Shown piece by piece: positions 53,671 through 64,000 of a DNA stretch of 64,000 nt (within the stretch, counting starts at the first letter, position 1; every line of letters starts with the position of its first letter). The notes beneath the pieces were generated by a model, which was not told the DNA's origin, ran no database searches, and worked only from the letters and a program-made list of their open reading frames with translations. The stretch comes from Octopus sinensis (lineage: Eukaryota): contig NC_043001.1 in NCBI RefSeq assembly GCF_006345805.1, forward strand, positions 41,292,001-41,356,000. Direction: 5' to 3'. Both the position numbers and the translations under genes were made by a program.

Positions 53671-53829
53671 GAAATTGACAGATGAAGTTATAATAATACA
53701 GGGCCATGTCACAATGATAATCATGCCAACGCCAGTTTTGCTTTCGCCGCATAACAACACAATCTTCAAAGAAGTCTGTGATGCCTTTAGGCTCCTTAGG
53801 AGCCCAGTAGGTCCATGTCACTTCTTCAC
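53671..53829 (-). CDS. C-type lectin domain receptor, exon encoding the C-terminal half of a perlucin-like CTLD (first exon visible; gene 5'-incomplete)
   Basis: 159-nt phase 1-1 exon with acceptor attacAG and donor GTaagt. Translates (G)EEVTWTYWAPKEPKGITDFFEDCVVMRRKQNWRWHDYHCDMALYYYNFICQF, matching the CTLD pattern W-x-P-x-EP...EDC...W-x-D-x-x-C...FIC. Confidence 0.92.
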
Positions 53830-55526
53830 CTGTAATGGGAAAGAAAAATTGAATTGATGAATTAAATAACCAATAAAATTTTATTTGCAGTATAAACTCC
53901 AAACTAAATATCTGCAATTCCAATATCAAATGTGTTTTTTAAAAATCTTAAACAGCCAAGTGAGGTTGACATTCCCCAAAATTAACAAAGTAATTATATT
54001 TTGGAGTTGCACTTGTTTTGCATGGGATTCTGTTAGAGGTTGTGTTTTAAAACTGAAACAGTATGTTGGGGAGTGTCAATAATCAAGTCATAGGTGAACT
54101 GTTTTTGTTATATGATGCTTTGAAGTATATAAGACTACTGAAAATAAAATCATTAAAATAACAGCATATGTATGTTTAAGATGGTTATGATGACAATACC
54201 ACAATATAAGTAACTGACTTCAACTTAAATGACAATGGAAAACAGAACTCAACAACTCAACACTACTAATGGGAATATTTCATCTCATGCATTTTCTCCT
54301 TAAAATAAAAAAAATCATTCAACATTTTGCATGATGGTGTCCTTGTACCCTGTTCATATTCTTTAGTATAAATTTAAAAGAGTTTAAGAATGGTTAGTTG
54401 AGTTTTTTTTTCTATTATCAATGTATTATCCCATTTCCGGCTGATTCTATCATTGCTCATGAAATGCTCTGATTAAAACAGTATGTTATAAAAACTACTG
54501 AACTTTATTTAGCAATCCTTTGACTGAATTTACATCAGTTATTAATATATAGAAATTATAAGTTGCATACAGATAGCCAGAAAACTTAGATCATTCTCTG
54601 ATCGATCACGTTAACTATGTTCGTTTTCAATTAAAATTATAATGATGGTGTTAGTATTTGAAAATGGAAAACAGTGACTAACTGGATGAAAGATTTGAAT
54701 TGAAATCTTCTTGATGTCATTACAGAGAGCTTTGTTTAAAAAGTAATCTATCTTTTGTATCATTTACATTTTCAAATAGAACTACTTGCAAATACTAAAT
54801 TTCATTTGTCACCAACACCATTATTTATTCAGCTGGAAAACATTGCTACAGAATGTGAATCATTGCTGAAGAGTGCTTATTTTACTGGGAGAATGTAAGA
54901 AGTTTTTAGTAACAGCCAAACATTTTATTTTATTCTATATAATTTGGAAAAGTAATAACAGGACTAAATAAGCAGAAAATAGAAATGCCCAGTCACAGAA
55001 TCACTTGAAATAATTTAGCTGCACAACTTCTCTACACATCTCTCTCTCTCTCTCATACATACACACATACATATGCTTATATACTCACACACATATACAA
55101 ATATATCAATATACATATATGCCTGCACTATATACATATGATGATTTATTATCAGTTGACAGACATCAGCATGGATCAGTGAATAGTTTGTTGTTCCCTT
55201 GTTTATACAAGACTACTGATTCTTGTTAAATTCATTGGCCCAAGGGCGATTCTGGTTAATGAGACACATGTTGAAACACCAGTGTCTCAGAATCTCATGT
55301 GCTAATTAATTAATTGAGTGAGTGTGTTACGAACAGATATTTGTTATAGAGGAGAAGCTGTTCTCTTGTGACAACCACAACAGTGACTAACATATTCACA
55401 TTCAAATCTGCCACAACATATTAAGCATAAATATGTTAGTCATCATTCTGATTCTTGCTATTCACTGTGCATATGACAATTTATTAATTACACACGTGTG
55501 AGTGTGAATACACACATACACACACA

Positions 55527-55960
55527 CATCATCATCATCATCATCATTTAGCGTCTGCTTTCCATGCTGGCATGGGTTGGATGACTTGACTGAGGACTGG
55601 CAAACCAGATGGCTACACCAGGCTCCAATCTGATCTGGCAGAGTTTCCACAGCTGGATGCCCTTCCTAACACCAACCACTCTGAGAGTGTAGTGGGTGCT
55701 TTTACGTGCCACGCTCAAGTGGTGTTTTTTACGTGCCACCTGCACAGGAGTCAGTACAGCGGCACTGGCAATGACCTCGCTTGAATGTTTTGTTCACGTG
55801 CCACTGGCACAAGTGTCAGTAAGGCAACGCAAGTAATGATCACTCTCAAATGGTGCTTTTTACATGCCACCAGCACGGAAGCCAGACTGCTGCTCTGGCA
55901 GTGATCCCGCCTGGAAGGAGATGTTAGCGCTCCACTGGCACAGGTGCCAGTCATCGAATT
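55527..55960 (-). mobile_element. Family B repeat copy
   Basis: Reverse complement of the family B core. Other minus-strand copies lie at ~9650-10050, 10660-10770, 19204-19380, 22556-22900, 42052-42330, 48930-49108 and 51080-51250. Confidence 0.75.
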
Positions 55961-56088
55961 TGGTTCAATATAAATACATAGGGTGGTTGTTTACTCCTTA
56001 TGCAGAGTCCGACCACCTCTTGTACTTACACCTTAGATCCATCATGGCATCTGATGCAACCTTTTAAACCAAATAATGTGTTGAAAAG

Positions 56089-56320
56089 TGTTATGATGCT
56101 TTAATGTAGTTGCAGACTCATTATATATTCATTCACCAACTGTTCAAATCACCAACATGTAAACTAACATTATCTCTTCTTAATAGCTTCTATGACTCTC
56201 TGTATAATATATGGCTGTGCATACGACACTCCTCTGGCGTCTCCAGCATGCATGCATATTTATACATTTCGGAACCGTTCATTTATCCTTTCATAGGAGC
56301 ATTCAGATTCCACCACAACA
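56089..56320 (-). repeat. 3' LTR of the Gypsy element
   Basis: 232 bp, TGT...ACA, roughly 85-90% identical by eye to 60827-61051, adjacent to the PPT. Confidence 0.92.
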
Positions 56321-56621
56321 TTTCCCCTTTTTAAGTTTGACTTCCTCTGAGAGTCAAAGCTTATTTATTACCACCCTTCTCCCCACCCTTTTTTTTCTAC
56401 TTCCTTGGGGAGAAATTGGAACATTTTTTTTCTTTTTGGTTTAATTTTCAACATTTCTGTCTGCTTTCTTTTCCTAATTGATGTACACGCTGGTTCAACC
56501 ATTTCTTGCAGTACTGGAACATCAAACATGTCATATAGAACTGTTCTATATTTTAGAGATGAGGAATTTTGTACATTATTTACATTGGATGGATATGTGT
56601 CCTCATCTTGTTTGTTGTTAG

Positions 56622-57048
56622 CACAACGTTTCAGCTGATTTACTCCTCAGCCCTCATCAAGTGTCCTGGTAGAATTTTGAACTCAATCGAAACGGTGCCA
56701 CAACGTTTCAGCTGATTTACTCCTCAGCCCTCATCAAGTGTCCTGGTAGAATTTTGAACTCAACCGAAACGGTGCCACAACGTTTCAGCTGATTTACTCC
56801 TCAGCCCTCATCAAGTGTCCTGGTAGAATTTTGAACTCAACCGAAACGGTGCCACAACGTTTCAGCTGATTTACTCCTCAGCCCTCATCAAGTGTCCTGG
56901 TAGAATTTTGAACTCAACCGAAACAGTGCCACAACGTTTCAGCTGATTTACTTCTCAGCCCTCATCAAGGGTCCTGGTAGAATTTTGAACTAAACCGAAA
57001 CGGTGCCACAATGTTTCAGCTGATTTACTCCCTAGCCCTCATCAGGTG
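56622..57048 (-). ncRNA. Tandem minimal type-I hammerhead-like motifs, one per 77-bp unit
   Basis: Minus strand per unit: CAC-(C/U)UGAUGA-G-GGCUGA ggaguaaa UCAGCU-GAAAC-GUU-GUG. Stem I is CAC/GUG, stem II is 6 bp, and stem III is the palindrome AACGUU. C3 is U in copies 1-5. Confidence 0.55.
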
Positions 57049-57073
57049 ACCAGGTAGAATTTTGAACTCAACC
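56622..57073. repeat. 77-bp tandem repeat, ~5.9 copies
   Basis: Unit starts (cacaacg/cacaatg) at 56622, 56699, 56776, 56853, 56930 and 57007, an exact 77-bp period. A few substitutions are private to single copies. Confidence 0.97.
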
Positions 57074-57305
57074 CTAACAGGATACCTGATGAAGGCTGGA
57101 GAGTAAATCAGTTGTAACGTTGTGGTAACAACAAACAAGATGAGGATGCATATCTGTCCAATATAAATAATGTCATATAGAATTTCCTTCGGCTCTTCCT
57201 GCCTTATTTTTTCTTCTGTAAATCTTCCTTTCATTTGGTTTAGATGTCTTTTATGTTCCCATTTATGCCCTATTACCATATATGCTACTCTTCCTAAACG
57301 TTTAG

Positions 57306-57635
57306 TTATTTTTTGTTCTTCTCAACTTTGCTGTTTTTATATTTAAAAAAAAAAAACACTTTGTCACCTATATTGAAATACTTCATTTTATTTTTAGTGT
57401 TTCTCTGTATTTTTTGTTTTCTTCCCAGTAGTAGTTTACCAAATATTGACCAGACTATCCTGGCAAACATTAGTTCAACCAACAACATACCTGACTTTGT
57501 GTTGGGGTTAGGCGTTATTCTGTAGACATGCAAGAATTGCGTCAATATAGTATCCAGTAATAATTTATTTCTAGTTTTCCTCATAGCTCTCTTAAATGTG
57601 TCTATGAAACGTTCCGCTAGGCCGTTAGATCTTGG
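57306..57635 (-). pseudogene. Gypsy integrase C-terminal remnant
   Basis: PRSNGLAERFIDTFKRAMRK...FLHVYRITPNPNT...ELMFAR...FNIGDKVF. Confidence 0.85.
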
Positions 57636-57673
57636 CTAGTATAGGTTGTTCAAAGGTGTTAACTCATGCATGT

Positions 57674-58222
57674 TCAGTGTATATGCTTGTTCCAAGCCCC
57701 AAGAACGCTTGTAATGTAGTAATATTTTTCGGTGGCAGCATATTTTTTATCGCTGTTGCTCTTGCAGGATCTGGTTTGCAACCATTTTTTAAAATCAATT
57801 GTCCCAGATACTTTATTTCTGGCATAAAAAAACTTGCATTTTTCTTCACTCAGTTTAAATCCATACTCTTTTATTTTGTCGAAGACCTTTTTAACATGTT
57901 CCTCATGCTGGTCTTGAGTCTCACTTTTTATGAGTATGTCATCTAGATACACTATAGTGAAATCAGTATCTGCAAGCACAGTGTCCATCACCTGTTGGAA
58001 AATACTAGGTGCAACCATTATCCCAAAAGGAAGTTGACTAAATTTATATAAACCTTTCTGTATGTTTATAGTTAGCAATTTCGAACATTCCTCGTTGACT
58101 TGCAACTTTAAGTACACCTCCGATAAATCCAGTTTTGAAAAGAATTTACTTCCATTAAGTTTGGCAAAAATTTCCTTTGGACTTGGCAAAGGGTAATTAT
58201 ATGTTCTCAGGCATTCATTCAA
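57674..58222 (-). pseudogene. Gypsy reverse transcriptase remnant
   Basis: YPLPSPKEIFAKLNG..FSKLDLSE..LPFGIMVAPSIFQQVMD..VYLDDILI, containing the YLDD catalytic motif; frameshifted at the 3' end. Confidence 0.92.
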
Positions 58223-58901
58223 ACCAGTTGAAAAGTCAGTGCAGACCCTTATTTTATTATTTTTCTTCTTTACATAGTCAGTCAGTGATGCCCATTCTGA
58301 ATAATCTATTTTCTCTATTACTCCAATTCCCTGTCAATGTCAATGCCATGAAAGGTACAGCTCACTTCAGTTTAAATACCGAGAGAGCTTTTTCTTTTAC
58401 TTCAAATCTTACTTCCGTCTTAGTGCACCTATCTAAGTCTTCTAACAGAACATCAGGAAACATCTTTTTTAAATTCTCTGATGCCTTATTTGAACTGGTG
58501 TATAAGCCGTTTACATTATTACAGAAGATATTTATGAGTAGATCCCATAAATCAAATATTTCCATCCAGTCTGTAGCAGACAGGTTTATAGTATTTTCTG
58601 ATATGTAAACTTTAGCTTTCTCACAAAATGTCACTTCCGTTGTCATTTCGACTAAAAATCATACTTGCTTTCTTGAAATACAACAAGCAGTTTTTGATAT
58701 TTTCTTCCAATCCTTTTCCATGTATCAATGTTTATTATTGAGATATTGCTTCCATATCCAATTGCAATTTTGTATTTACATTATTTAGTTTTACAGATAC
58801 AAATTTTCTTTTTTGACCCTTGCTTTCTATTTTCATTGAGAACACTTTTCTACTTGCACTTTCATTCAACCTTTTTTTTCTTTAATCAACAATGTGAATT
58901 C

Positions 58902-59560
58902 TTATGTTCTGCTTTTATTTTTAAAAGGACAGGCCCTTTTAAAATATATTTCGCCACACCTATAGTATGGTTTTGGTCTTGGTTGTTTTATTTTCTCCTT
59001 GTTTGTTACACGTTGACATGCCTGTATATTTACATCATCTCTTTCAATTTTTTCTGTGTCTTGTCGTAGTTCTTGGTATCTTGCTCTAATTTTGTTGAGA
59101 TTTGAGCTCATATTTCCCCATTTTTACTTTCAGTTAATCCTTTTACGAAGATTAAACATTTGAACATGTCTGGAGTCAACTTGCTTAGCTTGAATTTTCA
59201 CCATTCTTTGTTTATGATACCTGCATACGTAACAGTCATCTGTTTCATAGTTTTCAAGTTCAGGCATTCCCAGCGAATGTTAAATAATGAACTCCTTTTG
59301 CTGAATATCTTTGCTGATAGGCTAATTGTTTCCTCGAAACACATTTCTGGTGGTTTCCTTGGCAAGATGAAATTACAATATTTTTCGTGTTCTGCTGGTG
59401 CTAATTTTCGTAAAAGAAGCCTTACCTTCTTTTCATCTATCCAACTTTTACATTCTTCTTTAAATATTTTTCTCATGCTTTCTAAAGTATGCTAAAAACA
59501 TAATCCCTTCTTCAGGATTATAAATAAATTCCTGAATCGAATTAGCTACTCCATCTGCCG
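58902..59560 (-). pseudogene. Gypsy gag remnant (frameshifted)
   Basis: ORFs 59198..59476 (DEKKVRLLLRKL...YCNFILPRKP...SLFNIRWECLNL) and 58902..59111 (degenerate zinc knuckle YYRCGEIYFKRACPFK) are typical of Mag-like gag. Confidence 0.8.
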
Positions 59561-60826
59561 TCTTCTTCAACTGTAGAAATAATTCTATCTGCTCAGTGGT
59601 ATGCAGTCCAGACATGCTAGTCATGCACTGCATGTCCGTTGATTTTTATGTAACTCAAAAATTAATTTAAGAACCTAATGCATTTATAACCACATTGAAA
59701 AGTTGTCCAAATCATTGGAAGCTGAGCTAAAATAGTTACTTTGTTTCAAAGGAAACCCCTCCAGATTGATACTTTGCTTTTGCTTCTTCTAGGAATGCTT
59801 AAAGAAAAATGCATATGAAATCTTTTGTTCCCCACTTCCTATTTTTCAACAACTATCATTTCTCTTCTGCCTATCTTGATAAAATAATTGCTTTTGATGA
59901 AAATGAATGTTAGCTTTGCTCTCCCCTCCTTTCTATCAGTTCATCTTTGTCAACAATTCTTTGTAACTGATGGTGCTAACAGGGTTTGACTTTTTGACCC
60001 GTAAAAATTCTGACCAAGACATATCAACAAACCCATAATTCTTAATTAGTCAGCTCAAATGTTTGGAATATCTATTTCGCTCTGTTGTAAGTTTTGAAAT
60101 TTATTATCATTAACCATAATTTTGTATGAACAAATTTTCAAAAATTCTGAAATCAGAAATATAACCTATATTATATTTCTAATTTCAGAAATAGGTAATT
60201 AATCTTTTGTTAATTTACTAAAATTATCTTTCCATTTTGTTGAAAATGATTAACAATTCATGCACACACTCACATGTGCACTATTTGTCCAAATGACTGA
60301 AATGTGTTATAGAAGATATTTTGAAAAATAGTTTTTCAATAAAAGACTTTGAAGGGAAACAATTGATTATAAATGGTAGTTGACCAACACCAAAATTACC
60401 TGATGTGTGAAGCTACAAGAAATTCATGAGACAATTTCAAGTTAATTTGTATGAAAAGAAAAAGGCACACATGGTGAAGATGTAACCCAACCCCTTCCCA
60501 CCTTTAAACAAATTTTTTTTAATGGAAACCCATGTTTTCGGCTATGGAGATTCAGATTCTGAAAAAAAATTGGCAAAAATTGCAACTTCAATCAGAAGTC
60601 ACTGCACACTACTGCAACTGCTGAGTTTGCTGTTGTTGTTGCTGTACCATGGAGGCTAACAGTTCTTTCATGCTAAGAACTTTGAATGTCTCACTTTTAT
60701 GAAGCAGGTGGTTTTATATTATTTTTTGCTGTGCGAGATATGAAACTTTGCCTTCACTTTTGTGAAGTGCGTGAAATTAGAACCCTTGTCACCATCTTTG
60801 CATGTAGTTCGAATCCTTGTCCCCAC

Positions 60827-61051
60827 TGTCATGATGTTTTAATGTAGTTGCAGACTTATAGTCATTCACCAACTGTTTAAGTCACCAACACGTAAACCAA
60901 CAATATCTCTTCTTAATAGCTTCTACAACTCTGTATAATATATGGCTGTGCATACAACACTCCTCTGATATCTCCAGCATGCATGTGTATTTAACCATTT
61001 CAGAACCGTTCATTTATCCTTTCACAGGGGTGTTTGGATTCCACCACAACA
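60827..61051 (-). repeat. 5' LTR of the Gypsy element
   Basis: 225 bp, TGT...ACA, followed on the minus strand by the PBS-like sequence. Confidence 0.92.
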
Positions 61052-61287
61052 AAAAGACATCCACATAGATCGCATATGTGATTTGGACTACTACAGATGC
61101 AGTCAAATTCTGATCTTTGTGGATCTTAAAATGTCTTTTGAGGCATCCATTAGATTTGCAGACTTTATGGCATACAAAGCATTGAAAGGTGTGCACAGGT
61201 ATATAGGCAGAGTAGTTGGTGGAGGTTCGTTTTTCATGGACCAGCAAATAAAATTTGAGCCCAGCAAAAGAAAGGCATGGTCTGTCT

Positions 61288-61346
<59 letters not shown>

Positions 61347-61544
61347 TAACATCTAATGTAGGATAAAATTTTTCGAAAAAAATTCTATCAATGGCCAGTA
61401 TATTAAAAAATACCTTTAAAGGTTAAATTTATAAACAATTTATAAGTGAAGGCAAAAGAAAAAATTTCTAATGCCAAAATATGCCAAAAATAGACATAAC
61501 ATCAATAACAATGTAATTCATCACTACAAGCACGCGTCTCGAAG

Positions 61545-62140
61545 AAAGCCGACAGAAATTGTTGATAGCTTCCACTACCTAGGTGACCAAGTCAGTAGTG
61601 GGGGTGCATGCTCCAAGAGTTTAACTGCTACTATAAGAATAGGCTGGGCAAAGTTCAGAGAGCTCCTACCTCTGTTGGTAACAAAGGGCCTCTCTCTCAG
61701 AGTGAAAGGCAGATTGTATGATGCCTGTGTGTGAACAGCCATGTTACACACCAGTGACACATGGGCTGTGATGGCTGAGGACATGCATAAGCTTGAAAGA
61801 AACGAAGCTAGTATGCTTTGCTGGATGTGTAATGTCAGTGTGTACGACAGAGTGTAAGAATCTTGAGAGAAAAGCTGAGCACAAGAGGAATCAGATGTGG
61901 TGTACAAAAGAGACAACTGCATTGGCATGGTCATGTGATGCATATGTATGTGGACAGTTGTGTGAAGAAGTGCCAATCTCTACCAATGGAAGGAAGCTGT
62001 GGAAGAGGGAGACCCAGGAAGACATGGGATGAGGTGGTGAAGCACAATCTTCAAATGTTGGGCCTGACAGAGGTAATGACTAGCAACCAAGACCTTTGGC
62101 AATATGCCATGCTTGAGAAGACTTGTCAAGTCAAGTGAAA
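61545..62140 (+). mobile_element. RTE-clade LINE 3' fragment
   Basis: IVDSFHYLGDQVSSGG..IRIGWAKFRELLPLLVTKGLSLRVKGRLYDACV..GRGRPRKTWDEVVKH. Confidence 0.88.
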
Positions 62141-62673
62141 TCATAGCTGGGGTTGTTGTTGGTGTCATGGAACTGGCACCAATGCTGGTGTCATGTAAAA
62201 AGCACTTTTCGAGCATTGGGCCTCATAGAGGCAATGTGGCCAATGTTGGTATCGTGTAACTAGCACCTGTGCCGGTGGAACATAAAAAACACCTTCTAAG
62301 TCACTGTAGAAACTAAAATGGGGTCAGAACAAAGAATGTTAGAATGGACATGACCAAAATTTTACAATCTAATTCTAACATTCAAACAACTTCCAGAAAA
62401 TAGTTATGTATATAAAAAGAGAAAATTCAAGAATATATGCAATTGAATATCATGATGTACAAAAAATTATAGCAGTATTTTAGGTGCAAATGAAGCACTG
62501 GACATTATAAGCTACTAAGAATTAACCTAGAAGAAAGTTGCATTGTATCTGGAATAGTGATGGATGGCTGTAGTTATAACAAGGATGATGATGACAATGA
62601 TATCAAGGTGTAAGAGGTAGGGAACAGAGGAAGAGGACATATTCCTAGTGCCACTAAAGCCAATATTGATTAA

Positions 62674-62876
62674 CCCTTTCATTACCATATTTATTTTGAG
62701 ATGCTCTGTTTCTTTCAATTAATTTTAAATATAACATAGAATTTAGTAAAATAACTTAGTTATCATTAACCTAGTGTTAGGAACATAAATTGTGGTTAAG
62801 GTTTGGGGGAAGATTTTAATTAAAAAGTTATGAAAACAAGACATTTGTGGTTTCAGCCAGGTTGGTACCAAAAGGG
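62674..62876 (+). mobile_element. piggyBac-type MITE (same family)
   Basis: TTAA|CCCTTTC...AAAGGG|TTAA; interior colinear with 45369-45588. Confidence 0.85.
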
Positions 62877-64000
62877 TTAATAAAGGATCTTATAAACAAA
62901 CAGGTAGCCAGATAGATGAGTAAATTTTGCTCAACTGAATTCTTTGAATCAGTACTGAAATTGTGATAGAAATATTTTGTAAAATGTTTTTCAACACTAT
63001 GCTGTTAAAAACAATCTTGTGATTCTGTTTGACAATCAGCACTGATAATATAGTAAATTGAGAGGTTACTTAACAGTAACCTTATAATGATTATCTTGAA
63101 CTTAAAACTGATATTATGCTTATTAGAAGAATAGACAGAAAGAATTATGCTGAACTAATAGACATCTTTTTTACATACATTACTTCTCTGATTACATTTC
63201 TTCAATGACAATGGTTTAACTAACATAACAGTTGCAAATGGCGCATAAGGGTTGCTAAATAACAATCTTATTTATTTAATTGATGCTAGAATACCTAGAG
63301 AGCCATTACATAATTAAATCAAACAATCTATGTTTTATGCAACTTCATTGCTTCAGTGCCAAATCTGTAACTGAGCAATGAAATACAACTGATTTAGTCT
63401 TATTACAATACTAGAAATGTAGCAGCAGTAATTGTAGCAATAGTAGTTATTGGTTAGTAATCTCTTCAACTTTGCTTGAGCAGATTCTGAAACAAGGTAA
63501 CCATCCAAGCAATAAAAACTAACTTGCATATCCAACCACAGAACAGGACTCCATTGCACAATCCATTATATAATATTGCTGTTATTATTGCTGTTGTTCA
63601 GCCCCAGGTCAGCCCCAACTGAAGTCTTGTGATCAAAAGCAATCCATAATAATTACATCATTTTTGTTCAGCAACTGTATACTTAGTGTCCTATTATGCA
63701 AGGTGTCCCCCCTCTCTCTCTCTCTCTCTCTTTTATACAGATAATAGGGGTTTATTTGAAGGAGATTTGACTGCTTTTTCTAACGGCTCAACTTAGCTAA
63801 TGCATAAACCTAGTAATTGATATAACCTAAGTTGCTACTAAATGAGGTATAATAGTCTAAAGAAAGATTGCTCTTTTTTGATAATAAAACAAAAAAGCTC
63901 TCAAAAAAGGAGGTTAACATGACTTAGTGAATAAAGAAAAGTATATGCTAACTGGCCAGTAGCTAGAGATATGTTTTTCTTCTCTTTATTCCCTTGATAT

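Larger units (their letters stand above)
56541..57169 (-). mobile_element. Penelope-like element (PLE) terminal-repeat remnant inserted in the Gypsy 3' UTR
   Basis: Flanked by a 13-bp direct repeat ATGTCATATAGAA (56528-56540, 57170-57182). About 90 bp of inverted arms (56573-~56668 vs ~57078-57173). Carries the CTGATGA..GAAAC signature typical of PLE pseudo-LTRs. PLE assignment is from motif recognition only. Confidence 0.65.
56089..61051 (-). mobile_element. Gypsy/Ty3 (Mag-like) LTR retrotransposon, both LTRs present, internally deleted, non-autonomous
   Basis: Two TG...CA LTRs (56089-56320, 60827-61051) and a 5-bp TSD AAAAG (56084-56088, 61052-61056). A polypurine tract (AAAAAGGGGAAA on -) sits at 56321-56332 and a PBS-like GTGGGGACAAGG at 60815-60826. 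Gag, RT and integrase remnants are in order on the minus strand. Confidence 0.93.

Noticed and set aside
56622-57073. 77-bp array as a CRISPR array
   Set aside because: Units are near-identical along their whole length with no unique spacers, the context is eukaryotic, and there are no cas genes.
63353-63559. Minus ORF as the missing 5' CTLD exon
   Set aside because: No CY/WxxA/WIG-type motifs and no convincing splice pair; the upstream exons were not found in the window.

Overview
AT-rich eukaryotic DNA, very likely an Octopus (coleoid cephalopod) genome, judged from the SINE, RTE and Penelope repeat families and the dense microsatellites. Most six-frame ORFs are spurious or come from transposons. 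One real gene could be reconstructed, on the minus strand. Four GT-AG exons (53829-53671, 25317-25246, 21036-20955, 9300-8904) splice in frame into the last 236 aa of a type I membrane protein. It has a perlucin-like C-type lectin domain (EPK/WHD), a short stalk, one TM helix and a ~135-aa tyrosine-rich tail with ITIM-like, YxxM and NxxY-like motifs. Its 5' exons were not found and probably lie beyond the window end. The introns hold many elements: a TSD-flanked, internally deleted Gypsy (Mag-like) LTR element (56089-61051), a solo LTR, an ORF1-only L1/Tx1-like element, Helitron/Helentron-type elements, mariner- and piggyBac-type MITEs, CR1 and RTE LINE fragments, and many SINEs. The most striking non-coding signal is a set of minimal hammerhead-ribozyme motifs in Penelope-like termini. 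One near-complete motif lies at 44960-45011 (+). A 77-bp x ~6 tandem array has one motif per unit (56622-57073, -), nested in the Gypsy 3' UTR and in the same sense as the lectin pre-mRNA. All family assignments come from reading motifs by eye; no database search was run.
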